Source: a virus (Duplodnaviria; Caudoviricetes). From it: 64,000 nucleotides of DNA. The translations under genes were made by a program, and so were the position numbers. Under the pieces are notes generated by a model. The model made no database searches. It was not told the origin of the DNA and saw only the letters and a list, made by a program, of their open reading frames with translations. The stretch is from IMG/VR virus record IMGVR_UViG_3300028909_000001; one strand, written 5' to 3'. Shown piece after piece: positions 9,749-19,510 of the stretch (the first letter of the stretch is position 1; the number at the start of each line of letters is the position of its first letter).

Positions 9749-12700
9749 ATGGCTTTTGATGCCCATTCAAATCTAGCAATATCACAAGTAGCCACTGCTC
9801 CATCACCACCTACTTCTGGTACTTCACTAACTGTAACTACTGGTCAGGGTGCATTATTTCCTACTCCCCCATTTAATTGCACTGTCTGGCCTTCAGGTGT
9901 TATACCTACTACAGTTAATGCTGAGATTATTAGGGTTACTGCAGTTGCCACTGATACATTTACTATAACTAGAGCACAAGAAGGAACATCTGCTGTATCT
10001 ATTGCTGTAGGATACCAAATAGCCAATACTGTTACTAAAAAGGTAGTTACAGATATTGAAAATGCAATTCCTACTACGTTACCTCCTAATGGTTCTGCTA
10101 GCGGTGATTTATCAGGTAGTTATCCAGGTCCTACAGTAGCAAAGATTAACGGCACTTCTTTAGCAGGATTAGCTACAGGGTTATTAAAGAATACTACTGG
10201 TACTGGTGTTCCTAGTATTGCAGCGTCTGGTGATTTGCCTGGTGGGCCATATTTAGGTGCTACTGCCTCTGCTTCTGGTGATTTATCAGGTAGTTATCCA
10301 GGTCCTACAGTAGCAAAGATTAACGGTACTTCATTAGCAGGTCTTGCTACCGGTATACTTAAAAACACTACTGGTACTGGTGTTCCTAGTATTGCAGCGT
10401 CTGGTGATTTGCCTGGTGGACCTTATCAAACGACAGCATCTTATGGTGTGTTAGGGTTTTCTTCAGTAGCTACAGCTGGAAGTACAACTACATTAAGTGG
10501 ATCAGCTACTAATTATATAATTTTTACTGGTACATTAACTCAGATTTGTGTACTACCTAATGCCACTACACTTTCTAATGGGGCGTCATTCTTTATTGAT
10601 AATAGTTCAACTGGAGCTGTTACTGTAAATATGAATGGTGGAACTACTTTATGGATTGTAGGAGCTGGAGCATTTTTAGAGTTAGTATTAACTAGTAATG
10701 GAACTTCAGCTGGTACCTGGAATACTCAATATTTTGGTAGTACGGTATCAACAGGAAAAGTCATTAACTTAGCTGATAATTTAACATCAGTAGCCAATAC
10801 TCCAGGGGTATTTCAGAATGATGGAAGTGGTAATATATCTTACGGTCCACCACCACCTACTATAACCCAACTTGATCTTTGGGGACATTCCTGGCTTGAT
10901 GATATAGTTTATATTACTGGCGCAAATCAAATTACTGATCCTGCTGAAATATTAAATAACGTACTTACAAATGCTTTGGGAATTTCTCAAGATAGAGTAA
11001 GAAATCATGCTAGGAGTGGTGCAAACCTTACGTCTCAAGGATGTTTAATGGGCGGTTATATGAGGTTTTTAACTGAAATAACTCGTACCAAAAAATATTC
11101 TCCATTTTATCGACAAGGTGGTTTATCTGTAATTGTATATGGTATTAATGATTTAGGTAATAATACATCAGCTAATCAATCATTAATGCGCTCAGTATTT
11201 TCGCAAGCCTTAACCATGGCTATTAGTAGAATAAGAGCTTCAGCTATTTTTCCTTGTGGCACTGGGTTAGCTCAATGGGCTTTTGGTACTAATTATGCAG
11301 CCGGTCCAGTAGCTAACCTTGAGTGGATGTCTACTGTTGGAATGCAAGCAACAGTAGTAGATTCTGGTGGTACTTCTACAGCAACTTTCACCATTCCATT
11401 TGGCTATAAAGGAGAACCAATAGGATTTCTATTAGTTGGTACTTCCGGAGCAACTTCAGGTATTGTTACTTGGGGTGGAAATATTACTGGAACTAGTGGT
11501 ATTATTGGAACTACTACCACTTTAAACTCTACTTCCATAGATGCTCATGGACCTGTATTCGTTAGATGGACTTCTGGTACTAATGGATTATCAGCTGCTA
11601 ATGCTGGTCAGACTATTACTATCAAGGTAACTACTGCGAGTGGGACAGTACAATTAGATTCAGCCTGGATTGAATCTCTTAAACCAAATCCTGTAGTTGT
11701 AGCCAATGTATATCAATGTGATTGTAGAACTATTACTTACGCTTTAGGGGATGGGGTAACTTCTGGTGTTACTACTTCTTTTACTTCTGGTTCAGCCAAT
11801 TTTAATTCAAGTACTGATGCTGGAAATTCAATAACTGAGACTGATGCTCAAGGTGCTTTTACTTCTGGTAAGACTATTTCATCTGTAACTAATGCAACCA
11901 CCATAGTATTATCAGGAAATGCTACTGGTGCTTTTACATCCATTAAATATACTTTTGGGCGTATTTTAAACGGTTACGCTAATTATGCTACTAATACAGA
12001 TTTTAGTGGGGCAACTCCAGCTAGTCATAGTGCAGCAGACACAGATTTACAAAATTTAAATAGCACAATTACTACAGTAGTTAATTCATTCGATTCAATG
12101 GTTCAATTAGCTGACGTAAATACAGCTATGGGGATTGGTGGAACTGGAACTCTGCCTACTAACGTCTATACAACATCTGCTGATGGTTATCATCCTAATG
12201 CGGTTGGAGCAGCTTTGGCAACTAATGCTATATTTGCTGCTATTAAGAAGCTAGTACCTGTTGCTGATGGTTTAGGGACTCTAGGTGTATTAGAGACACA
12301 GACTCCACAAGGTTATCCAGTCGCTCCTAAACGAAATATTATTCGTCCTGGTAGTAATGTTTATTTACCTGAATTTGGTGTTTGGGGTGCTACATATACT
12401 GCAGTTGCTGGTGATACGTTTGCTATTCCTTTCTGGGTATCAGAAGGTGGGGCTAATATTACTGCATTCCAAGTACAACAAACCAATGCTCCTGCTACAG
12501 CTGGATCTAACGTAAGATTTGGTATTTATGATGATACTATGTTTACAGGTTATCCTTGTAACCTTAGATATGAAGTTACATCAGGCGGTGCATTTGCGAT
12601 GGGAACTACTGCAGCTATAAAGACTATTGGAACTAATACTTTTGGATGGCTACGATCAGGACTTTATTGGCAAGTATTTAAGATAGATTCCCTCGGTACA

Positions 12701-12901
12701 ACTGCTAGTATAGTTAATACAATTGGAGGTCCTAGTCCGTATATGCCACAGTGGTTGGCCGCTGGTGGTACTGCTTCACCTATTGCTTGGAAAGTAACTA
12801 GTGTAGCTGCTGGTGCTTTACCTAATGAATTTAGTGCATTAGCTGCTGGTACTGCAGTTACTACAGCTCCAGCTGTAGGAATGACAATAACTGTAACATA
12901 A
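9749..12901 (+). CDS. Tail fibre/spike with an internal SGNH/GDSL hydrolase domain
   Basis: SGNH blocks WGHSW (I), RSGA (II), YGINDLG (III) and DGYHPN (V). The N-terminus has a tandem 58-aa repeat. Confidence 0.75.
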   Translation: MAFDAHSNLAISQVATAPSPPTSGTSLTVTTGQGALFPTPPFNCTVWPSGVIPTTVNAEIIRVTAVATDTFTITRAQEGTSAVSIAVGYQIANTVTKKVVTDIENAIPTTLPPNGSASGDLSGSYPGPTVAKINGTSLAGLATGLLKNTTGTGVPSIAASGDLPGGPYLGATASASGDLSGSYPGPTVAKINGTSLAGLATGILKNTTGTGVPSIAASGDLPGGPYQTTASYGVLGFSSVATAGSTTTLSGSATNYIIFTGTLTQICVLPNATTLSNGASFFIDNSSTGAVTVNMNGGTTLWIVGAGAFLELVLTSNGTSAGTWNTQYFGSTVSTGKVINLADNLTSVANTPGVFQNDGSGNISYGPPPPTITQLDLWGHSWLDDIVYITGANQITDPAEILNNVLTNALGISQDRVRNHARSGANLTSQGCLMGGYMRFLTEITRTKKYSPFYRQGGLSVIVYGINDLGNNTSANQSLMRSVFSQALTMAISRIRASAIFPCGTGLAQWAFGTNYAAGPVANLEWMSTVGMQATVVDSGGTSTATFTIPFGYKGEPIGFLLVGTSGATSGIVTWGGNITGTSGIIGTTTTLNSTSIDAHGPVFVRWTSGTNGLSAANAGQTITIKVTTASGTVQLDSAWIESLKPNPVVVANVYQCDCRTITYALGDGVTSGVTTSFTSGSANFNSSTDAGNSITETDAQGAFTSGKTISSVTNATTIVLSGNATGAFTSIKYTFGRILNGYANYATNTDFSGATPASHSAADTDLQNLNSTITTVVNSFDSMVQLADVNTAMGIGGTGTLPTNVYTTSADGYHPNAVGAALATNAIFAAIKKLVPVADGLGTLGVLETQTPQGYPVAPKRNIIRPGSNVYLPEFGVWGATYTAVAGDTFAIPFWVSEGGANITAFQVQQTNAPATAGSNVRFGIYDDTMFTGYPCNLRYEVTSGGAFAMGTTAAIKTIGTNTFGWLRSGLYWQVFKIDSLGTTASIVNTIGGPSPYMPQWLAAGGTASPIAWKVTSVAAGALPNEFSALAAGTAVTTAPAVGMTITVT
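10103..10426 (+). repeat. Tandem duplication with 174-nt (58 aa) period inside the tail fibre gene
   Basis: GDLSGSYPGPTVAKINGTSLAGLATGxLKNTTGTGVPSIAASGDLPGGPY starts at 10103 and again at 10277. Confidence 0.95.
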
Positions 12902-12905
12902 TGAA

Positions 12906-14669
12906 ATGTTTGGCTCTTCATACTTTGGAGAAGGTTATTTTGGTGGCGATCCTCCATTACCAGATAGGGTAATTGAGGCAGCTAGTGCAGTTGATTCAGT
13001 TAGTGGTATAGCAGTATATAATGTTTCCGTAACAGAAACAGCTTCAGCTTCAGATTCAGTTGATTTAGCAGGTACAGTTTCAGTAACTTTCGGTGGTTTT
13101 TATCTCGCTCAGAATCAATTTGCTGGTGGTACAGCAATTCCTACTTCTCAAACTTATCTAGTTAGTGTAAGTGAATCAGCTTCAGCTCTAGATAGCCCTT
13201 CTAGTATAGCTGTATATGGAGCAAGTGATAGTGAATCTGCATCTGCTACTGATACTCCTAGTTCTACTGCTATATATCCAGGTTCTACTACAGAATCAGG
13301 TAGTGCAGTAGATAGTCCTTCTGTTAATGCTATATTTGCTGCAAGTACTTCAGAAAGTGGTACAGCAACTGACAATCCTTCAGCTAATTCTACTCTTCAA
13401 GCTAGTACTAGTGAATCTAATAGTGCAGTAGATAGTCCTAGTTCAACAGCTACATTTGCAGGGTCCATAACTGAGTCTGCTTCAGCTCTAGATAGTCCAG
13501 CTGGCGGTTATTTAGTAACTATATCTGAATCTGCTTCAGCTACAGAGTCACCCTCAGCTAATGATTTATTAGCAGCAACAGTATCAGAAAGTGGTTCAGC
13601 TTCAGATAATCCTAGTGCTAATGCTTTATTTGCAGGAAGTGTAACTGAATCTGCTAGTGCTTCTGATAACCCTTCTGCTAATGCTATATTTGCAGGTTCA
13701 GTAAGTGAAGCTGCTAGTGCTTCTGATAGTCCTTCATCTACTGCTAAATACAGTGTAAGTATTAGTGAATCTGGTAGTGCAACAGATTCTCCTTCAGCTA
13801 ATTCTACCCTACAAGCTAGTGTAACAGAATCAGCTTCAGCTCTAGATAGTATAGTTGGTGGTTATTTAGTAACTATAACAGAATCAGGAACAGCAACGGA
13901 TAATCCTAGTTCTACTGCTATATATGCATGTTCTACTACAGAATCAGGTAGTGCAGTAGATAACCCTTCAGCCAATGATTTATTAGCAGCTTCTATCACA
14001 GAATCAGTTACCACAATTGATACTCCTAGTTCTACTGCTAATTATAGTGTAACTATATCAGAGTCAGTCTCAGCTAATGACAATCCTTCAGCCAATGATT
14101 TATTAGCAGCTTCTATTACGGAGTCAGGCAGTGCTTCTGATAGTCCTAGCTCAACTGCTACTTATCAAGTTAGTATAAATGAGTCAGGAACAGCCCTAGA
14201 CAGCCCTACAGCTAATTCTACACTATTAGCTAGTATATCAGAGTCAGTCTCAGCTAATGATACTCCTACAGCTAATGATTTATTAACAAGTTCTATTACA
14301 GAGTCAGGTAGTGCAAGTGATTCTAGTTCAGCTTCAGTACTATTCAATACTTCTATTACTGAAACAGCTTCAGCCTTGGATAGTTTATCAGCTATTATAA
14401 GTTCTATAAATAGTGAGTCTGAAAGTGCCTCAGCTATAGATAATACTGATGCCACACTATTAACTCTAGCTAGTGTATTAGAATCTATTACCGCAATTGA
14501 TACAGCTTCAACTAATGCCCCACCTATTATTTATAGTGTAAATGTATTAGAAGCAGCCTTGGCTTTAGACAGTAATATCAACAATAACCCATTTGTTGAA
14601 GGTGTGATTAATAAGAAATTTATAAGTAGATTTCCGGTTCGAAAATCTAAATTATTGGCGAATGTTTAA
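12906..14669 (+). CDS. Ser/Ala/Thr-rich repeat protein (ESxSAxDxPS repeats), probable fibre/structural protein
   Basis: More than 20 imperfect repeats such as SVTESASALDSP and SISESGSATDSPSAN. Confidence 0.7.
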   Translation: MFGSSYFGEGYFGGDPPLPDRVIEAASAVDSVSGIAVYNVSVTETASASDSVDLAGTVSVTFGGFYLAQNQFAGGTAIPTSQTYLVSVSESASALDSPSSIAVYGASDSESASATDTPSSTAIYPGSTTESGSAVDSPSVNAIFAASTSESGTATDNPSANSTLQASTSESNSAVDSPSSTATFAGSITESASALDSPAGGYLVTISESASATESPSANDLLAATVSESGSASDNPSANALFAGSVTESASASDNPSANAIFAGSVSEAASASDSPSSTAKYSVSISESGSATDSPSANSTLQASVTESASALDSIVGGYLVTITESGTATDNPSSTAIYACSTTESGSAVDNPSANDLLAASITESVTTIDTPSSTANYSVTISESVSANDNPSANDLLAASITESGSASDSPSSTATYQVSINESGTALDSPTANSTLLASISESVSANDTPTANDLLTSSITESGSASDSSSASVLFNTSITETASALDSLSAIISSINSESESASAIDNTDATLLTLASVLESITAIDTASTNAPPIIYSVNVLEAALALDSNINNNPFVEGVINKKFISRFPVRKSKLLANV

Positions 14670-14687
14670 GAAGCCCTCTTCTTTCAT

Positions 14688-15374
14688 TTAGTATTCAGGG
14701 ATTAATACTTGTTTATCTAGAATTTCTTTGTGACTCATCCATTTAAGTTTTCCGTGCTTATCCTTCATAATCCTATATAAATTACAATCTGCTCCTTTAG
14801 CTACATTTTGATTTATATAATTAGTAACACCTATCTTCGTGTTTTCTGCAATATGAACGGGATCATAAAAGCCAAAACTAGAAGGACTTACATTTCTAGA
14901 TTCATCTGGTATTGCTGACTCTGATACAATTCCTCCCTGCCCCATCTTAGTTACTTTATGACTATTATCAAAGTGTTCTAATGGATTAATACCTTCAACG
15001 TTATTAGCTAAAGGATTTCCTACAATAACCGACCTGACTTGCTGAGAGAAGAAACCAGGAGTAAGCCAGTTAAGATTCTTTTTCATTTGCATTTTATAAG
15101 CTGCTTTTTGTTGTATTTTACCTGCATCCTTATTTATATGGTCGGCTATAAAATCCTCTAGTCCCATAAATTTGGAGAATTTAAGGTTATCTCGATCATC
15201 ACCTTCAACCTCACCTTTATTAATCTTAATTAATTTTGCTGAACTAGCTAATAAGACTTGGGGACTTATTTTATCCTCATCTACTCCAATATTATTCTTA
15301 ACAATATCTTTATCTAGGGAGGTATGATTTAACCATTCCTTAAATTTAGTTAGTTTCTCGGTTCTAGTTAACAT
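14688..15374 (-). CDS. rpoB: DNA-directed RNA polymerase beta subunit, central (fork-loop/rifampicin-pocket) fragment (228 aa)
   Basis: DDRDNL...INPLEHFDNSHKVTKMGQGGI...ESRNVSPSSFGFYDPVHIAENTKIGVTNYI matches RpoB DDIDHL...NPLxExTHKRRLSALGPGG...EVRDVHxSHYGRxCPIETPEGxNIGLIxSL. Confidence 0.88.
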   Translation of the reverse strand: MLTRTEKLTKFKEWLNHTSLDKDIVKNNIGVDEDKISPQVLLASSAKLIKINKGEVEGDDRDNLKFSKFMGLEDFIADHINKDAGKIQQKAAYKMQMKKNLNWLTPGFFSQQVRSVIVGNPLANNVEGINPLEHFDNSHKVTKMGQGGIVSESAIPDESRNVSPSSFGFYDPVHIAENTKIGVTNYINQNVAKGADCNLYRIMKDKHGKLKWMSHKEILDKQVLIPEY

Positions 15375-15375
15375 A

Positions 15376-16116
15376 TTAATTCTGTACTTGTATAAGGTCA
15401 GCTACTAATTGATCCATATTAAACCCGGAAGGAGATAAACCAGTATTATTAATCCAATCCTGACTAATCAATGCATAAGCTTCCTCAGTCCTATTAGTCA
15501 CCCAATCATAAGTAGCGGATTGTACAGCACCCCAAGTAATATATTCAAAAGTATTCTCTGAAAATGAAAATGATGGTATGGCATGTCCTCCAATTATATT
15601 CCCAGTAGTATATTGCCAGGTAGTTATGCCACTTTCCACAGCATTCATATCATCCTCAGTCAAATCAACCCCAGTATAAACCCCTCCAAATAACCAGATA
15701 GCTATTTTTAGATGAAGTATATTCTTAGGATTAACACTTACGAATGCCCCTATCTTATGATTAGCAATACCTGTAGTTTGCCAGTACTTCAATACCTCAA
15801 GTTCAACTGCTCCATTATCAGTAGCAGGATTATTAGGAGTATAGCCAGTAATTGCTTCATAGGCTCTTAATACATCATCATTAGTAGGTGTGATGAGTGT
15901 AGAACTATTTGCAGTCCAGTTCATAATATAGTGAGCGGCAGCAGCACAAGTACAAATTCCTAGACTATCATTGAGAAACATCTGATAAGGGTTATTACCT
16001 ATTTTAGCCCACCAATTAATAGAAGTTGGTGGTATTAGTGTAGGAGCTAAATACTTTTCTAGTTTAAGCGCCCTCTTATCAAATACAGCCTTATTACGTC
16101 CTAATTTATAGTTCAT
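15376..16116 (-). CDS. Papain-like (C1/C39-type) cysteine peptidase
   Basis: Catalytic Cys in LGICTCAAAAH, His in GGHAI, followed by a TWG motif. Confidence 0.65.
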   Translation of the reverse strand: MNYKLGRNKAVFDKRALKLEKYLAPTLIPPTSINWWAKIGNNPYQMFLNDSLGICTCAAAAHYIMNWTANSSTLITPTNDDVLRAYEAITGYTPNNPATDNGAVELEVLKYWQTTGIANHKIGAFVSVNPKNILHLKIAIWLFGGVYTGVDLTEDDMNAVESGITTWQYTTGNIIGGHAIPSFSFSENTFEYITWGAVQSATYDWVTNRTEEAYALISQDWINNTGLSPSGFNMDQLVADLIQVQN

Positions 16117-16163
16117 AGTATTATTCTACTTTCTTGGAACTACTTAAACAATAAAATAAAGTT

Positions 16164-16192
16164 GACAACATTACCGTACATTTCTAAAGTAG
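16164..16192 (+). promoter_or_regulatory. Sigma70-like promoter
   Basis: TTGACA-N17-TAAAGT immediately upstream of ATG 16197. Confidence 0.55.
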
Positions 16193-16196
16193 TGTT

Positions 16197-16400
16197 ATGC
16201 AATTAGAGATAAATTACGAACCAGAAGATGAGGAAGTCACTATTATAGTTGATAATGCTGACGTTCTTAAAGCTACATTAGGGGAAAAGAATTTACTAGT
16301 GCTTAATAAGAAGTTTAAAGATATAAAAGATGATAACGAGAAACTTTATACTGCACTTAGAAGTATTACCCTGTCTTTAATGGAGCTTACTGAGGTTTAA
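16197..16400 (+). CDS. Hypothetical protein
   Basis: 67-aa ORF with a promoter upstream. Confidence 0.55.
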   Translation: MQLEINYEPEDEEVTIIVDNADVLKATLGEKNLLVLNKKFKDIKDDNEKLYTALRSITLSLMELTEV

Positions 16401-16518
16401 TTAGATATAACAAATTTAACGGTAGGCAAGTAAAAAATTTGCCTAAATCTTCCTTGTCCCTATTCCTAAGGGGCATTTTTTATGATAACTTGATTATTCA
16501 ATCAACAATAATAACTAT

Positions 16519-16845
16519 ATGACAAATGACGAATACTTACAGTTTACAAGAACAACTGCAATCTATCCTAAAGATAGAGAATTAGAATACCTGGGTTTGG
16601 GCTTAGCATCAGAAGCAGGCGAGGTGTGTGGAAAATTAAAGAAAGTGATTAGAGATGATAATGGAGTTTTAAGTGATGTAGTAAAGTTAAGGTTGACAGA
16701 TGAATTAAGTGATGCAGCCTGGTATTTAACTAGACTGGCCGATACTTTAGGTCTTACATTAACTGAATTGTTAGAACATAACTATATGAAACTATCTTCT
16801 AGGAAAGAAAGAGGAACTATAGGTGGCTCTGGGGATTTGCGTTGA
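16519..16845 (+). CDS. mazG: MazG-like all-alpha NTP pyrophosphohydrolase
   Basis: LGLASEAGEVCGKLKK...DELSDAAWY...NxxKLxxRKERGTIGGSGD. Confidence 0.85.
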   Translation: MTNDEYLQFTRTTAIYPKDRELEYLGLGLASEAGEVCGKLKKVIRDDNGVLSDVVKLRLTDELSDAAWYLTRLADTLGLTLTELLEHNYMKLSSRKERGTIGGSGDLR

Positions 16846-17339
16846 TTATGAACTGGGATGAATATTTTATGAGGCGTGCATATTTAGCAGCCGAGATGAG
16901 CAAGGACCCGAGAACTAAAATAGGGGCAGTATTGGTTAGAGATGGTAAGTGGGATATTTCATCAGGTTTTAATGGATTCCCTGCTAAAGTTCAAGATTCA
17001 CCAGAAAGATATAGTGATAGAAATACTAAGCTAAAAATGATAGTACATGCCGAGGCTAATTCTGTACTCCAATGTGCTAAACTAGGTTATTCTAGTTTAG
17101 GAACTACCTTATATACTCTTGGGATGCCTTGTAATGAGTGTATGAAAACAATAATTCAAGGAGGGATTACAAGTATAGTACTTCATAAACAATGGCCAGA
17201 GATGACTTATTCTGGAGATTGGGTTGAAGCTTTTAGAATATCTACAATTATGGCTAGAGAAGCAGAAATAAATATTAGTTACTTAGATAAAGTACTAGGG
17301 ATTAAGGGGTTTTGTGATGGTAAAGAAATGAATGTATAA
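16842..17339 (+). CDS. dCMP deaminase
   Basis: HAEAN and PCNEC zinc motifs, and an SKDPRTKIGAV N-terminus. Confidence 0.9.
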   Translation: MIMNWDEYFMRRAYLAAEMSKDPRTKIGAVLVRDGKWDISSGFNGFPAKVQDSPERYSDRNTKLKMIVHAEANSVLQCAKLGYSSLGTTLYTLGMPCNECMKTIIQGGITSIVLHKQWPEMTYSGDWVEAFRISTIMAREAEINISYLDKVLGIKGFCDGKEMNV

Positions 17340-17342
17340 ATT

Positions 17343-19454
17343 ATGGATAATAAAGATAATATTAACTTTTTAGAAGAAATTGCTAACTTTACTTTCATGA
17401 GTAAATATGCAAGGTATAACTCAATAGCTGAAAGAAGAGAAACTTGGGATGAGTGTGTAGATAGAGTAGAAAGTATGCATCTTCAAAAGTTTAGGAAATT
17501 ACCTAAAGAAGATTTGAATGAAATTAAACAAGCATTCAATTTAGTGAAAGAAAAAGGCCTCACACCATCAATGCGTTCTATGCAATTTGGTGGAAAAGCT
17601 ATTCTTGCTCATAATAGTAGAATGTTTAATTGTGCTGTAAGACATATAGATAGTATTCGTTCATTTTCTGAATCTTTTTATTTACTATTGTGTGGTTGTG
17701 GTGTCGGGTTTGGTATCTCAGATTATTTTCTTAACAGGTTACCCAAATTAGTAAATGAAAAAGATAAGAACGGTATTGTAATAACTTATGTAATCGAAGA
17801 CACAATAGAAGGATGGGCAGACTCTATTGAAGCATTATTGAACTGTTATTTTAAGAACACTGCTTATACTGGTAGGAAGATTGTGTTTGACTATAGTAGG
17901 ATTAGACCTGAAGGTACTCCATTAAAGACCGGCGGCGGCAAAGCTCCTGGTTATAAAGGATTAAAGCAAGCTCACATAAAAGTTAAGAAACTACTAGATA
18001 AAATTATTGAAGAAAATAAGCAAATCAGTCTTAAAACTATTAATGCTTATGATATTTTAATGCATTGTGCTGATGCTGTATTAAGTGGAGGTATTAGAAG
18101 GTCAGCTTGTGCCATTATATTTGATAAAAACGACCAAGATTTGATTAATGCTAAAACATTATTTAAAGTAACTAGGTATAATAAATTTGATTTTGACAAG
18201 GATACTAATAAATATGAAGGAAAAGTTACTGTAGATGGAGAGAAGTATGAAGTTGTTATTGATAAGTTTGAATATGATTTCTTAGTTAAGGATAATACAA
18301 TTAGCTGGATACATATCGAACCTCAAAGAGCTAGAAGTAATAATAGTGTATTATTACTTAGAGCTAGTACTACGTTAGAAGAGTTTACAGATATAATTGA
18401 AAAGACTAAACAGTTTGGAGAGCCGGGGTTTGTTTGGGCGGACCACCCCCATCAATTATTTAACCCTTGTTTTGAGATAGGGTTTATTCCGGTTACTGAA
18501 GATGGTAGATGTGGTGTTCAGTTTTGTAACTTAAGTTCAATTAATGGAGCTAAGGTTAAGAATAAACAAGACTTCTTAAATGCTGCTAAAGCTGCATCGA
18601 TATTAGGTACTTTACAAGCTTCGTACACAGAAGATATGGTTTATTTATCTAGAGTAACTAAAGAACTTACAGAGAAAGAAGCTTTGTTAGGAGTGTCGAT
18701 TACCGGGTTTATGGATTCACCAGATATTCTATTAACTGCTGAAATGTTACAAGAAGGCTCTAAATTAGTTGTTAAGACTAATGAATTATGGGCTAAGAAG
18801 TTAGGTATTAATCCGGCTGCTAGATGTACTTGTGTTAAGCCAGAAGGAACTAACAGTATTGTATTAATGAGTGCTTCTGGTGCACATCCACATCATAGTA
18901 GAAAGTACTTTAGAAGGATTCAATGTAATAAACACGAACCAATCTATAAGTATTTTAAGAGTATAAACCCTCATATGTGTGAGCCTAGCGTATGGAGTGC
19001 TAACAAGACAGATGATGTAGTTATGTTTCCTTTAAGTGTAGACGAAAATGCTATAGTTAAAGAAGATCTAACAGCATTAAAGCATCTTGAATATATAAAG
19101 TTAATTCAGGAAAATTGGGTATTGCCAGGTAGTACCATACATAATGAGAAGAATATTACTCATAATGTATCTTGTACTATTCAAGTAGCTGATGATGAAT
19201 GGGAAGAAGTTACTAAATATATTTATAATAATAAGAAAAATTTTGCAGCGGTTTCCTTTCTAGCTAAGATTGGAGACAAGTTATATAAACAAGCTCCTAT
19301 GGAAAGTGTTTCTACTAAAGAAGATAAAGATAAATGGGATGATATAGTTAGTAATTTTAAGAAAGTAGATTATAAGAAACTTAAAGAAGAGGAAGATACT
19401 ACTGCTTTAATGGCAGTTGCAGCATGTAGTGGTGGAAAATGTGATCTTTTATAA
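17343..19454 (+). CDS. nrdJ: Class II (adenosylcobalamin-dependent) ribonucleotide reductase, monomeric RTPR type
   Basis: FNCA, GGIRRSA, FNPCFEI (thiyl radical Cys), QFCNL, TCVKPEGT and a C-terminal CSGGKC. No NrdB adjacent. Confidence 0.9.
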   Translation: MDNKDNINFLEEIANFTFMSKYARYNSIAERRETWDECVDRVESMHLQKFRKLPKEDLNEIKQAFNLVKEKGLTPSMRSMQFGGKAILAHNSRMFNCAVRHIDSIRSFSESFYLLLCGCGVGFGISDYFLNRLPKLVNEKDKNGIVITYVIEDTIEGWADSIEALLNCYFKNTAYTGRKIVFDYSRIRPEGTPLKTGGGKAPGYKGLKQAHIKVKKLLDKIIEENKQISLKTINAYDILMHCADAVLSGGIRRSACAIIFDKNDQDLINAKTLFKVTRYNKFDFDKDTNKYEGKVTVDGEKYEVVIDKFEYDFLVKDNTISWIHIEPQRARSNNSVLLLRASTTLEEFTDIIEKTKQFGEPGFVWADHPHQLFNPCFEIGFIPVTEDGRCGVQFCNLSSINGAKVKNKQDFLNAAKAASILGTLQASYTEDMVYLSRVTKELTEKEALLGVSITGFMDSPDILLTAEMLQEGSKLVVKTNELWAKKLGINPAARCTCVKPEGTNSIVLMSASGAHPHHSRKYFRRIQCNKHEPIYKYFKSINPHMCEPSVWSANKTDDVVMFPLSVDENAIVKEDLTALKHLEYIKLIQENWVLPGSTIHNEKNITHNVSCTIQVADDEWEEVTKYIYNNKKNFAAVSFLAKIGDKLYKQAPMESVSTKEDKDKWDDIVSNFKKVDYKKLKEEEDTTALMAVAACSGGKCDLL

Positions 19455-19481
19455 TTAAAAACCATATATAACACTTAGCAT

Positions 19482-19510
19482 TGACATATTTTATGTTCTG
19501 TGATATATAT
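19482..19510 (+). promoter_or_regulatory. Sigma70-like promoter of the HNH gene
   Basis: TTGACA-N17-TATATA. Confidence 0.5.

Noticed and set aside
9749-14669. CRISPR array or other non-coding repeat array
   Set aside because: All repeats lie in-frame within long ORFs and vary at synonymous positions. There is no repeat-spacer structure.
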